Part shown: one piece after another, positions 36,931 to 47,911 of the stretch | Layout of the letters: each line of letters opens with the position of its first letter | Numbering within the stretch: the stretch's first letter is position 1 | Assembly (NCBI RefSeq): GCF_036365525.1 | Contig: NC_090372.1 | Coordinates: 50,149,680-50,213,679, forward strand | Source: Heterodontus francisci | Taxonomy: Eukaryota | Length of the DNA: 64,000 bases | Reading direction: 5' to 3' | The notes under the pieces: generated by a model | What the model saw: only the letters and a program-made list of their open reading frames with translations | Database searches by the model: none | Told to the model about the DNA's origin: nothing | Position numbers and translations under genes: made by a program

Positions 36931-39308
36931 GGTTGTTTGGTTGGCATCCTTCCATCTACGAAAGATGATGGACAAGCAGCAAACAATCCATTTAGGTGGG
37001 TTGTTTTGCTGCTGGCTGTGAAGGCCAATCCTTGAGGCAGGTTCTGCCACAAGTACCGCACGTGAAGCTGCCAAGTGATGCTGTAAGTTGTTGTTATTAA
37101 TGTTGGTACCTGTAGCCAAGCAGCTGTAGCAACTGGTCATTGTGGCAGTGCACACCAGTCCACAAGATGTGTCACCATTTCCCTCTTTCGCCAGCTAGTG
37201 ACTGCGAGGTGCGATAGTTGACATTTAGGGCCTTCATGTCACGCTTGTAAGCATCCTTGAAGCAGAGCTTTGGGTGCCCCATTGGTCATCTGGTCCCGGC
37301 TACCTCACCATATAGAAGGGCCTTGGGTATGCAACCATCTTCCATCCTGTGGACGTGTCCGATCCGCTAAAGCCACCAACACATTCGGGAGCTCTGCCTT
37401 TGAGAAGACTGTTGTATTTGTGATTTTATCCTGCCAGGATATACCCAAAATGCGTTGCAGACAGCGATGATGGAAATCATTGAGCTTCTTTTCCTGGTAG
37501 CTGTAAGTCACCCATGCTTCACAGCCATACAGCAAGGTGCTGAGAACACAGGCCTTAGAAACCATCAGCTTGCTCCTAAGGTATGTTGGCCTTCATTGTG
37601 AGAGGATTCGAGTACAGGAGCAGGGATGTCTTGCTGCAATTATACAGGGCCTGGAATATTGTGTGCAGTTTTGGTCTCCTTATCTAAGGAAGGATGTTCT
37701 TGCTATAGAGGGAGTGCAGCAAAGGTTTACCAGATTGATTCATGGGATGGTGGGACTGACATATGAGGAGAGATTGAGTCAGTTAGGATTATATTCACTG
37801 GAGTTCAGAAGAGTGAGGGGGGATCTCATAGAAACCTAGAAAATTCTAACAGGACTTGACAGGGTAGATGCAGGAAGGATGTTCCTGATGGTGGGGGAGT
37901 CCAGAACCAGGGGTCATAGTCTAAGGATACAGGGTAAACCTTTCAGGACTGAGATGAGGAGAAATCTATTCACCCAGAGAGTGGTGAGCCTGTGGAATTC
38001 ACTACCACTGAAAGCAGTTGAGGCCAAAACATTGTATGTTTTCAAGAAGCAGTTAGATATAGCTCTTGGGTCTAAAGGGATCAATGGGTATGGGGCGAAA
38101 GCGGGAACAGGCTTCTGAGTTGGATGATCAGCTATGATCATAATGAATGGCGGAGCAGGCTCGAAGGGCCGAATGGCCTACTCCTCCTATTTTCTATGTT
38201 AAGGGTCAGCTTGGTGTTATCCCATGCACATTTCAAAAGTTGGCCGAAGCTGGTAGCTGCTTTTCCTATGCGTGTATCGAGCTATGCATCAAGGGACAGA
38301 TTGTCTGTCACAGTGGACCCAAGGTAGCAGAATTTGCATTAGATGAAGAACCCTCATCATTGGAGCTCAAGAAGGCACCTGGCAAGGATGGAATCCCAAC
38401 CGAATTACTCAAGCAGGGAAAGTCCCATCTATTGCCACTCCTCTATGACCTTCTTCTCCTCTGCTGGAAAGTAGGCTCTGTTCCACAGGAGACGCGTGAT
38501 GCCAAAGTCATCATACTATACAAAAACAAAGGCAACAGAGGAGACTGCAATAACTACAGTGGCATCCCACTCCTTAGCGTCACGGGGAAGGCCTTTGCTA
38601 GGGTCATACTTAAAAGACTCCATTTACTTCCAGACCGAGTGTACCCAGAAGCACAATGTGGTTTCCGTGCCAGCAGATCTACTGTGGCTATGATCTTCTC
38701 CATATGTCAGCTACGAGAGAAGTGTAGGGAACAGAGTATACCCCTTTGCCTCACTTTTGTAGATCTCACTAAGGCATTCAACATCAGCAGAGCAGGGCTC
38801 TATAAGATTTTGGAAAAAATTGGCAACCCGCTGAAGCTCCTCCGTCTCATCCACTCCTTCCATGACAACATGCACTGCACTGTACAGTTTGATGGCTCCA
38901 CATCCGACAGTTTCAGAGTGAAGAACTGAGTGAAACAGGGTTGTGTCCTAGCCCCCACTCTGTTTGGTATCTTCTTCTCCATGCTCCTGACCTTCGCCTT
39001 CCCTGCAGATATGGAAGGAGTCTACTAGGTCAGACGGCAAGCTCTACAATCTAACAAGGATGAAGCGAAGACAAAAATACATTGCATCCTGATCAGAGAA
39101 CTCCTCTACTCTGATGATGCTGTGCTAGTCATTCACATGGAAACTCAGCTGTAAAGACTCATAGACTGACTCTCCCATGCCTGTAACTTGTTCTCTTTGA
39201 CTATAAGCATGAAGAAAACCATCGTCATGGGACAAGGTGTTGCATCTCGTCCCTGATCACACTAAATGGCACCCCACTGAAGATGGTTAGCAAATTCTGC
39301 TACCTTGG
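36929..39308 (-). mobile_element. Older RTE (BovB-like) LINE with an inverted 5' half and a nested CR1
   Basis: Minus strand: ACVLSTLLYGCEAW...CLQRILGISWQDKITN and a (CAA/CAAC)n tail at 36929-36944. Plus strand 38336-39308: KKAPGKDGI...EAQCGFR...VDLTKAF. Confidence 0.85.
37583..38199 (+). mobile_element. 5'-truncated CR1 inserted in the RTE
   Basis: LEYCVQFWSPYLRKD...RGDLIET, TTTCTATGT tail, TAAGG on both sides. Confidence 0.88.
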
Positions 39309-41769
39309 CTAGCCTAAACCTTATGATACTTTGATCACTGTTCCCTCAAAGTTCCCTGACTGACACTTGATCCACCTCATTCTCCTGAACCAGATCCAGC
39401 AATGCCTCTTTCCTCATTGGGCTGGAAACATATTGATCATGAAAATTCTCCTGAACACATTTCAGAAACTCTTTTTCCTCTCTGTCCTTTACACGATGAC
39501 TATTCCAGTCTCTATTAGGATAACTGAAGGCTCCCCATTATCACCACATTTTAGTTTTTACACGGCTCTGTAATTTTCTTGCAAATTTGGTCCTCTATAT
39601 CTTTCCCACTAGTTGGTGGCCTCTCAAATACACCCAGTAGTGTAATGGTACCCCTATTGTTTCTTATCTCTAGCCTAATAGATTCAGTCCTCTGCCCCTC
39701 CAGGACATCCCCTCATTGGTGTTTTTCTGTCTGGGCATTCATATTTCTTTGGAAGTGTGACACAAACTTAGGAGTTTATGCTGATGCGGTTGGATAAAAT
39801 AGGGTGGGAGGAGGCTCGCATGGAGCATAGATACCGAAATTAACCAGTTGGGCTGAATAGCCTGATTCTGTGCTGTAAATTCTGTGAAGATGGTGCTTAT
39901 TTAAGATGAACACATTGCCTTGCTAAGTTATGCCCTCTAGTGTTCAAAGGATATTCTCACTATTTTATTCTTTGGGAATTCAAATGGCTCAGTGTAAGTG
40001 TAAAAAGATTTGGGAAATGGCTGAGCTATGAATGGGACATTGACTATTTTACCTGAATACAAACGATGGGACTTGAGTAGACAATTTGGCATCCAGAAAC
40101 CACGACTTGGGAGAAATGTAAAATGCCTGAATGAAGAGGAGTTGGAACGTGTGTGTCTCACTTGCAGCCTAAAGTATTCTCAGTGTTAACATCCCGCGGC
40201 AAAGGAGTTCGCTAGGATTAAACCAGTTTAATTTCATTTAAACCCTGATTCAGAATTTACACTTATTTTGTATGCATTTTTCTTCGTGGTTTTTAAAAAA
40301 AGAAAATCTAATTAATATATATCTGTAAATCTACCGTGCCAAGTGGAAACATCTGTTGAAAGTTTACTGTATCCCCATGTAAAACTTGTTTTGAGGACAA
40401 TGCAAAAGTTGATCTTTATCATTTTTAGATCGAATCAAAGAACAAATAAACCGACGGTAAACGTTTTTCCACCCAATTTATTTGGTATAAATCCAATTTA
40501 AAATGAAACTAATTTGTGACCACAACTTGTCTTTCACCAGTTTCTTGCACCTTGCAGGTATGGTTAAAGCACTGAAGAAGAGAATGGGGAGTTTAAACAA
40601 ACCTTTATAAGGTAAAAGACGGCGAAGAATTCATCAAATGGTGAAACGATGCAAACCAACATTTTGACTGTCTAATGGTATTTGTTTTAAGAATGTAATC
40701 GGCTTTACTGGTGTGTTTGCCACAGTCCGACTTCATTCCACATGCTCCACTTTTCCCTCCTGTTCCTGCTTCTCTCACTTGTGACTGACTGCGCCTCAAT
40801 TCCTTTTCGTGTAAATTCTGTTGACAAAACAGGAACAAGAAAACACGTGCCCCTTCTCCTATCCAGTGGCGTTAATCTTTCAGCAGTTGGAGCGGGGACT
40901 TTCAACAACCACATCAATCAAATTCTAAGGGAATACTGGTTTGGTTTAAGTTTCTTTTAGTTTGATTAGACCTGGTGAGATTATTTGCATGGTTTAGTCT
41001 CCCTAAACCCTCATTACCTCTCTCTCCACTTTTATGACGTTGCTTAAAATGACCAAAGTTTTGGTCATTTGCCCTAATACCTCCTTCTTTGTTTGGCTCA
41101 ATGCCAATTTTGACTCCTAACGCTTTTGCTACATTTCACCAAAGGGAATGCAAGTTGTTGGTGGTGCCCGTGTGGCATTGATTCTGTGGTCCAGTGACCC
41201 GGTGACACCTTTGCCGGTCCAATCTAAAAAGGCACGAATCAAACTCCCTGCTGTCTTGGCTAATTCCTGGAGTTCAATCACCTTGTTCAAGAGTACCTCC
41301 TTATGTTGCGCTGCAATGCAAATCTCTAAGCTTTCCATGCTCAGCATTGGTTAAACTGCTTACTGTACTGGATCAGTGGTGTCAGTTACTTGCTGTGATT
41401 TTAGGACGAAAGTCACAAAGAATCAAACACACTAAAACCTGTGATGAAATAAGAGACACGCCAGAAAATCTGTAAGGATCATTAACGCCGTTAGATTAAA
41501 TCCTACAGTCTGACCCAGAAAAGGACTGGCGCGATATCGTGGGTGCAAGTCACTCGGTATCTGATGGTAACTAATTCCACAAGTGCCCTCTCTGAATTTT
41601 TCTTATTTCGTTTTAAAAGTCAAAACCTTTCCCAAGCTTGGCGTTTTATCACAAATTCAAATTGAGACAACCTTTAGGTCTCTCAGATTTGATATAATTT
41701 ATGTGGATTGGAGTCGAGGTGTACATGTTGTCGAAATTACTTCTTGGAATCCAGTATCGATTGTGGCTG

Positions 41770-42070
41770 AAAGTTTCTGATTGGCTCTTGGATCTCTGCC
41801 AAAGTGTGTGTGTATGCGCGCCGCCGCCTCAATCAGTGGAGAGTGTCCCTGCTGGGAGAAACTGTGGCAGAGGCTCAGAAAAGGAGAGGTTTAAAAAAAA
41901 TGTACTGGCCTCGCCCCGTCTGTGGAGGAGGTTATTTTGCAGGCAGCGTGTTGCTTATCTAAGTCTGCAGCTCCTCTGGGTGACTAATAACATTGTCTTG
42001 GGATAAAAGCACATTGAACTGTTTACAGAGAGACACGTACTATATAAAGGGAGAGTTGCTGCCGTGTGGC
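41770..42070 (+). promoter_or_regulatory. EDN1: EDN1 proximal promoter
   Basis: NFI-type TTGGA-N5-GCCAA 41788-41802, GATA TTATCT 41955-41960, AP-1-like TGACTAA 41981-41987 followed by TAACATTGTCT, forkhead-type TGTTTAC 42020-42026, CACGTA 42034-42039, TATATAAA 42041-42048. Confidence 0.85.
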
Positions 42071-42253
42071 AGCAGCACAGTAAAGCACACAGCTCTTCTA
42101 ACTGGACCTGAGACTGACAACCAACTTCACCCTGCAGCTTGCCATCGGCACATTTACTTCTGAACTACAGAAACTTTGCCAATACTTTTTTTTTCTATAC
42201 AGAAGATAACAAGGAAAACTATCTGACTAGAGCGTCCTGATTTAATGTTGAAA

Positions 42254-42314
42254 ATGGAGTTTAACGTGTTCTTTTCTCTGCTATCTCTGTTGTGGGGGTT
42301 ACACTTTTCAACAG
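42254..42314 (+). CDS. EDN1: Preproendothelin-1, coding exon 1 (signal peptide)
   Basis: AAAATGG Kozak context, hydrophobic MEFNVFFSLLSLLWGLHFST, phase-1 donor ACAG|GTAGGT. A weaker in-frame ATG lies at 42245. Confidence 0.9.
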
Positions 42315-43593
42315 GTAGGTCTAATTCCTCATGGGAACTTTAAAATCTATCATTATATAATCCACAGATATTAAGTGTTTATCTGCGTTTAAAAAAACTA
42401 TCCAAAAATGAATTAAGAATTGGAAAAATACAGCAAAGTAGGATTTTAAGTGACAATGAATTATTCGATAATTTGAATTAAGCAACTTTGAAACTAAGAA
42501 CATCTGTCCCCTGATGTATATCTGATGTATATATAAATATAAAATCTTGTGAAAAATTCAATGCTCATTTCAATATCTATAGCGGTGCTAAGTCACTACA
42601 AGGCATTCTCTATATTCGGCCTATAATTCAAACGGTTTAAAATTTTAAATAGTTTCATAAAAATTGAATCTATAAAATAAATACAGAACAGAATAGTGCG
42701 CTAAGCAAGGTGGAGCGGTCTCTGATCAGTGTCGGACTAACTGCTGTTCGTACCCGAAGTGACTTTCCGAAAGACATCACATTGCCAAATGGTAATTTGG
42801 GTTACGCGATGGCAAATTTCATCAAACTGAAAGTAACTCCCATTTGTAATTGAGATGTGGCACTGGTAGACTTACCAGGCGGGTTAAAATTGAAGATGTG
42901 TGTGAAAAGAAAGCGGAAATCAGCCTGGGGTGGACTCGATGTGTGAAACAGCAGATCGGTCCCTGACTGTTATACTGAGCAGGTGCACTTGTCTCCAGCC
43001 ACAACTCACAGAGCTCAGTTCCGAGCACAGTTGATCTTAGCTGCATGTCAGTAATGAGGACCAACAACTTATTGGGACTCTTTTTCAGGAGGGAGAACAC
43101 CAGGAGTGTTCTGGAGTTATACAGGGTTCTGCAGTTCGATCAGAAGTGTTCTTTACAAATTACAGAAAACAGCATCTCTGCAGGTCAAAACTGCACGCTG
43201 ATTTTTATTGGAGTTTCACTTTCTTCTATTGGAATTGAGTCTTGTGACTGTAATACAGTCGTTGCTCCCGCCTCATGTTCCAAACTTAGCTTCCAGTTCG
43301 CGATTTACTGGGCCATGCTGATCGATGGAGTCGGTCTGAAGGGGCCCCGCCGTCCCATCGGGCTGAACAAGCACTTCTTTCACCGGGTGACTTCACTGCA
43401 AAAGAAACACTTAACTAGAAAAAACTATTTCACTCCAATTACAGATCCACACGAGAGAAATTTGATCCCTATATTATCATTTATTCAATAATCAATACAA
43501 TTTTAATTTATGAGCAATAATGTACTAATGAGAGCTTCTAGTCTCTCTCCCTCTGTCTGATATGGTGTGGCTCTAATAGTCTCTGTCTCACAG

Positions 43594-43768
43594 GATCCCC
43601 GCTCTCGGGTGATGAAGTGACCGTGTCTGGCGCCTCCTCTGCCGGCCACGCTTCTAGCTCCGTTCCCCGCCGGCTCAGCCGTTCCAAGCGTTGTTCCTGC
43701 TCCTCTTTTCTGGACAAGGAATGCATCTACTTCTGTCACTTGGACATCATCTGGATCAACACACCCGA
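43594..43768 (+). CDS. EDN1: Preproendothelin-1, exon 2 (mature endothelin at 43692-43754)
   Basis: Acceptor CACAG|. Translates [59 protein letters not shown], with furin site RSKR and donor GA|GTAAGT. Confidence 0.98.
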
Positions 43769-44344
43769 GTAAGTGGCTTAAGGGGAAATCCTTTCCGTAG
43801 AGGGGGTATTGTAGCTCAGGCAGTCAGAACCTGAGATCTGGCGAGGTTTGATTCTACCCAGAAAGTAACGGTATTAATCCCAGGCACAGCGCATATGTAA
43901 AAACAATTTGACAGTGAGAGTACAGTCCAGAGAACTAGAACAAGACGTCTTTACTGATTGGCAGGCACCTGCGACGAAAGTTACTAGAGCGTCAATTTAT
44001 AATAAAAGCTCTCTCACTTCAATAGATGGTCAACAGTTCCATTCTAACCATCGATCTCTAAAGAAAACTTTGCCTGCAGCTCTCGCTGCTAGTGATTTTT
44101 CTGCATTATAATATAGTCTAAAACACGTTTGGTGTTAAACATTAATCTCTGTTCAGCAGGAATCTTGTTGGATTCTATTCCATTTCGTTGCGACTTGTCC
44201 GGCTGTAATAATCTTTGCTTATTATTTAAAGGGTGATGTAAACTTTTAGTGTGAAGTATTGATCTCTCGACACTTTACAAGATCCACACCTGCCAAGTGA
44301 CGATTGATTTTGGTAATCGTACTTTGATTATTTTTGTCCTTCAG

Positions 44345-44503
44345 GCGGATTGTCCCGTACGGACTGGGCAGTTCCCCTCGGGTCAGACGGTCTGTGAAGA
44401 AGAAATTGGCAACGCTGGCGGAATCGAGACCTCGATGTGAATGCAGCAGCCAAGAAGATCTTGTGTGCTGGCAATTCTGTGAAGATGGGCTGCAGACACC
44501 AAG
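44345..44503 (+). CDS. EDN1: Preproendothelin-1, exon 3 (big-ET C-terminus and endothelin-like peptide)
   Basis: Acceptor TTCAG|. RIVPYGLGSSPRVRRSVKKKLATLAESRPRCECSSQEDLVCWQFCEDGLQTP; donor AG|GTAGAA; phases consistent with neighbouring exons. Confidence 0.97.
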
Positions 44504-45796
44504 GTAGAAAATGTTCCCGTACACCTGCTTTTCCATAAGTCAGCTTAATCATAAGATACATGTAGCTCGGCCTCAAGCCAGAGTTATGAAACCAACCAGG
44601 ACCAAAACATTCAGTCTAGACCTCTTTTGTTAGAAAAGAAAAAGAAAGCTTTAGGCCATAACGAAAATAACGGTTAATCATTGATTATTGCTAATTATAT
44701 TCATTATTTTGGGGTTTAAAGAGATGAGGAATGCGCCTATTTCCAAAGCTTGGTACCTTCTGTAACCAGATAATCCCTTCCACAAAAAACAAAAATGGCC
44801 GAAAGTAATAGCTGCAACCTTATCAGGAGCTTCAGGACACCTAAATCACAGAAGCAAAACATATAGCATATTAAAGCCTTGCGTCGATCTACTTCCTGCT
44901 CAACCTTTTCCATTATAAATCCCAGTGTTCATGGTTTTAATTGAAACTGCCTCAGTAAACTTGTCCTGCTGTAATTACCTCATTACATCTTTCTAACAGT
45001 GGTGGCACTGTAGTGCTCCAGTTTTGCATTTCTCAGCCCATTGGCTTCCACTGCAGGGAAACTCATGCTCCACCCAGGTAGATATTATCAGCTTCCCAAA
45101 TTGTTGTAAGCTTTAGCATTTAACTATAAATAATATAAAACCAAAGTATTATAGAAAGATGAGTACTGAAAGTATGATTTTAAAATGGGGATTGAATGGG
45201 TTCTAATAAATTTGCACCCTCCACAAGGCTGCTTCAGCTGAAAACTACTTTTGAATTCGTGTGCAATAAATGTATATTTTAATAATTGACATGCATAATA
45301 TTTAATGCTCTACGGTGACAACAACCCTTCACTAGTTTAGGAATACCAATCAAACTTCAAGTTTATGTTCTGCAGTGCACTTCACTCTCACCTTATACCA
45401 ATCTCTGTGGTAGATCATTTCCTTTTGTGATTGTTGATCTTCGTTTCAGTCTGATTACCACACTCATTCCTTCCTTTCGTAATGCCCATTTTTATATCTT
45501 TGCCATTAAGTCAAGCCATTGCAGGTATCCGGTTTTCTGAAGTGGATTATACCTGTGTGAAGGAAGACTTTTTTTTATTATGAAGATTGAGTTGTTAGAT
45601 CCACCTCGTAATAGCATCAGCCAACAAAATAGAGTGTCATAGTCATTTACAGCATAGAAGGAGACTATTGGCCTATTGAGTCCATGTTTGTTCATTTTGA
45701 ATAATGTATTTTATTTAAAGATATATAATACAAGTTGTTAATAGGACTATTGCTGCTGTAGTATATTCAAGGAGTCAGGAGGTGACTTACTTGCCG

Positions 45797-46398
45797 CAGG
45801 TCAGAGGCTAGGAATCCTGCGGCAAGTAACTCACCTCCTGACTCCCCAAAGCCTGTCCACCATCTACAAGGCACAAGTCAGGAGTGTGATGGAATACTGT
45901 CCACTTGCCTGGATGGGTGCAGCTCCAACAACACTCAAGAAGCTCGACGCCATCCAGAACAAAGCAGCCCACTTGATTGGCACACCATGCAGAAACATTC
46001 ACTCCCTCCAGCACTGATGCACAGTGGCAGCAGTGTGTACCATCTACAAGATGCACTGCAGCAATGCACCAAGGCTCCTTAGACAGCACCTCCCAAACCC
46101 GCGACCTCTACCACCTCGAAGGACAAGAGCGGCAGATGCATGGGAACATCACCACCTGCAAGTTCCCGTCCAAGTCACACACCATCCTGACTTGGAACTA
46201 TATCGCCGTTCCTTCACTGTCGCTGGGTCAAAATCCTGGAACTCCCTTCCTAACAGCACTGTGGGTGTACCTACCTCACATGAACTGCAGCAGTTCAAGA
46301 AGGCAGCTCACCACCACCTTCTCAAGGGCAATTAGGGATGGGCAATAAATGCTGGCATAGCCAGTGATGCCCACATCCCATGAATGAATTTAAAAAAA
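45797..46398 (+). mobile_element. 5'-truncated CR1/L2-group LINE in EDN1 intron 3
   Basis: IYKAQVRSVMEYCPLAW-type RT C-terminus and SWNSLPNSTV; ends CCCATGAATGAATTTAAAAAAA. A shorter copy lies at about 49408-49555. Confidence 0.85.
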
Positions 46399-46480
46399 GG
46401 GTAAGTCCTGTACAATTCTACTCTGGTGTGGCTCCTTGCTCAACACGATGCAGATTAGAACTGGGCACAGAGATCAACAT

Positions 46481-46660
46481 AAAAGCAAAATACTGCAGAT
46501 GCTGTAAATCTGAAATAAAAACAGAAGTGTTGGAAATACTCAGCAGGTCAAGCAGCATCTGTGGAGAGAGAAACAGAATTAACGTTTCCGTTAACTCTGC
46601 TTCTCTATCTACAGATGCTGCCTGAACTGCTGAGTATTTCCAGCACTTTCTGTTTTTATA
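46481..46660. mobile_element. Fold-back Penelope-derived insertion with a 14-bp TSD in EDN1 intron 3
   Basis: ACAGAGATCAACAT is duplicated at 46467-46480 and 46661-46674. Internal arms of about 70 bp are inverted. Confidence 0.85.
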
Positions 46661-47097
46661 ACAGAGATCAACATGTTTGACTCATGGAACTTCAGATTTT
46701 CCTAAGAGTGATTTTAATGACCAGAAAATTAGAAGTAATGTAAATCAAGGTTGTAGAGCTCAGCAACCCCATCAAGTGGGTTCTGCACCAGGAATGACAT
46801 ATTTCAAAATTTACCCATGTTTATTGCATCCAAGTCCTAATGTTCAAGACTTACACTCTAAAACACCAACAGTCACTTTGTAATCTTTGAACACGTGATA
46901 TTCCTACAGCAGTAATCATTCCAATATAGATCTTTGATTCCTTTAAGGGTTTTGTCTTATTCTAACTCTTTTCCTAATCTGTAAAGTTTACTGGCTGAGA
47001 TGAACTTCATGGATAATTTGGATAGCTATTGACTCTCTAGATACTTAAATTTTAAATTTCCATGTAAAATTAAAACAACCATTTATTTTCTTTGCAG

Positions 47098-47223
47098 ATT
47101 TCCAATCAAGACCAAAGTACAAAAGCACTACCTAGAGGAAGCATTAGATAGAATGGGCCAAAACAAACAGGACTGCACAGGACTGAAATGTGTTTATCAA
47201 CGTCTCCTTAGCATCACAAAAAA
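47098..47223 (+). CDS. EDN1: Preproendothelin-1, exon 4
   Basis: Acceptor TTTTCTTTGCAG|. FPIKTKVQKHYLEEALDRMGQNKQDCTGLKCVYQRLLSITK; the DC..LKCVYQ motif matches the EDN1-type DCSKLGKKCIYQ. Donor AA|GTGAGT. Confidence 0.92.
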
Positions 47224-47760
47224 GTGAGTCTCATTCAATTTTACTTATCGCCTCTAACATCACCCTTATCATATTTCTAATGTCAAAACTGATTGTATAA
47301 CACAATGTGGGAAGATTTCCTCTGGTTGCTACATGTTAGTGGCAGCATAAACATTGAGGGAAGATTTCCTATCAGCAGAATTATAAATCTAAAATAGCAG
47401 ATTTACAATATCGCGGCAAATAGGTGACCAGAGGAAATCCCCTCTCATTGTAAGATTTAAGCTCCTCAAAATATTTTCCATTGTTGAAAATCTAGATTGA
47501 TTATTTGCAAAGATAATAGGGTAAATAGGCCAGGTTCTGCATTGGGAGTGCACTTGGAAAATATACCTTAATATTCTCACATGAATAAATTCTTATTTCA
47601 GACATGAAGTTAGTGCCAGAACTAAATTTGATATAATTTATTTCTGACTATTTTATAACATTTATTTGTAACACTCCTGTAAAACAAACACTTATCGATC
47701 TGTCAACATGATTTTATTACCAAACAGAAAGTGTAACATAATTTATGCTTTGACTTGAAG

Positions 47761-47911
47761 GTTGGAGCCAGAAGACGGCAAGCATTTACCTACATCGATG
47801 AAATGGGTATACAGAATAAAGAAAGCGAGACAAGACAGTCACAATAGACTGAAGAGTTTACCAGTTTCCATGGCAGGCCCTGTAGCACAATGCAGGGACT
47901 GCAAGCGCTGA
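47761..47911 (+). CDS. EDN1: Preproendothelin-1, exon 5 (stop TGA at 47909-47911)
   Basis: Acceptor TTTGACTTGAAG|. In frame LEPEDGKHLPTSMKWVYRIKKARQDSHNRLKSLPVSMAGPVAQCRDCKR*, with HNR as in the mammalian EDN1 C-terminus. Total CDS 672 nt (223 aa). Confidence 0.8.

Noticed and set aside
43045-43739. ORF 43045-43491 (+) and antisense ORFs 43503-43739
   Set aside because: The first lies in EDN1 intron 1 with no recognisable domain; the others are shadows of GC-rich exon 2.
42254-47911. Assignment as EDN2 or EDN3 because of F6-L7 and the W-I bond
   Set aside because: The exon 4 DC..LKCVYQ motif, exon 5 HNR, the short exon 2 pro-region and the GATA/AP-1 promoter fit EDN1 better. Phylogeny is still needed for proof.
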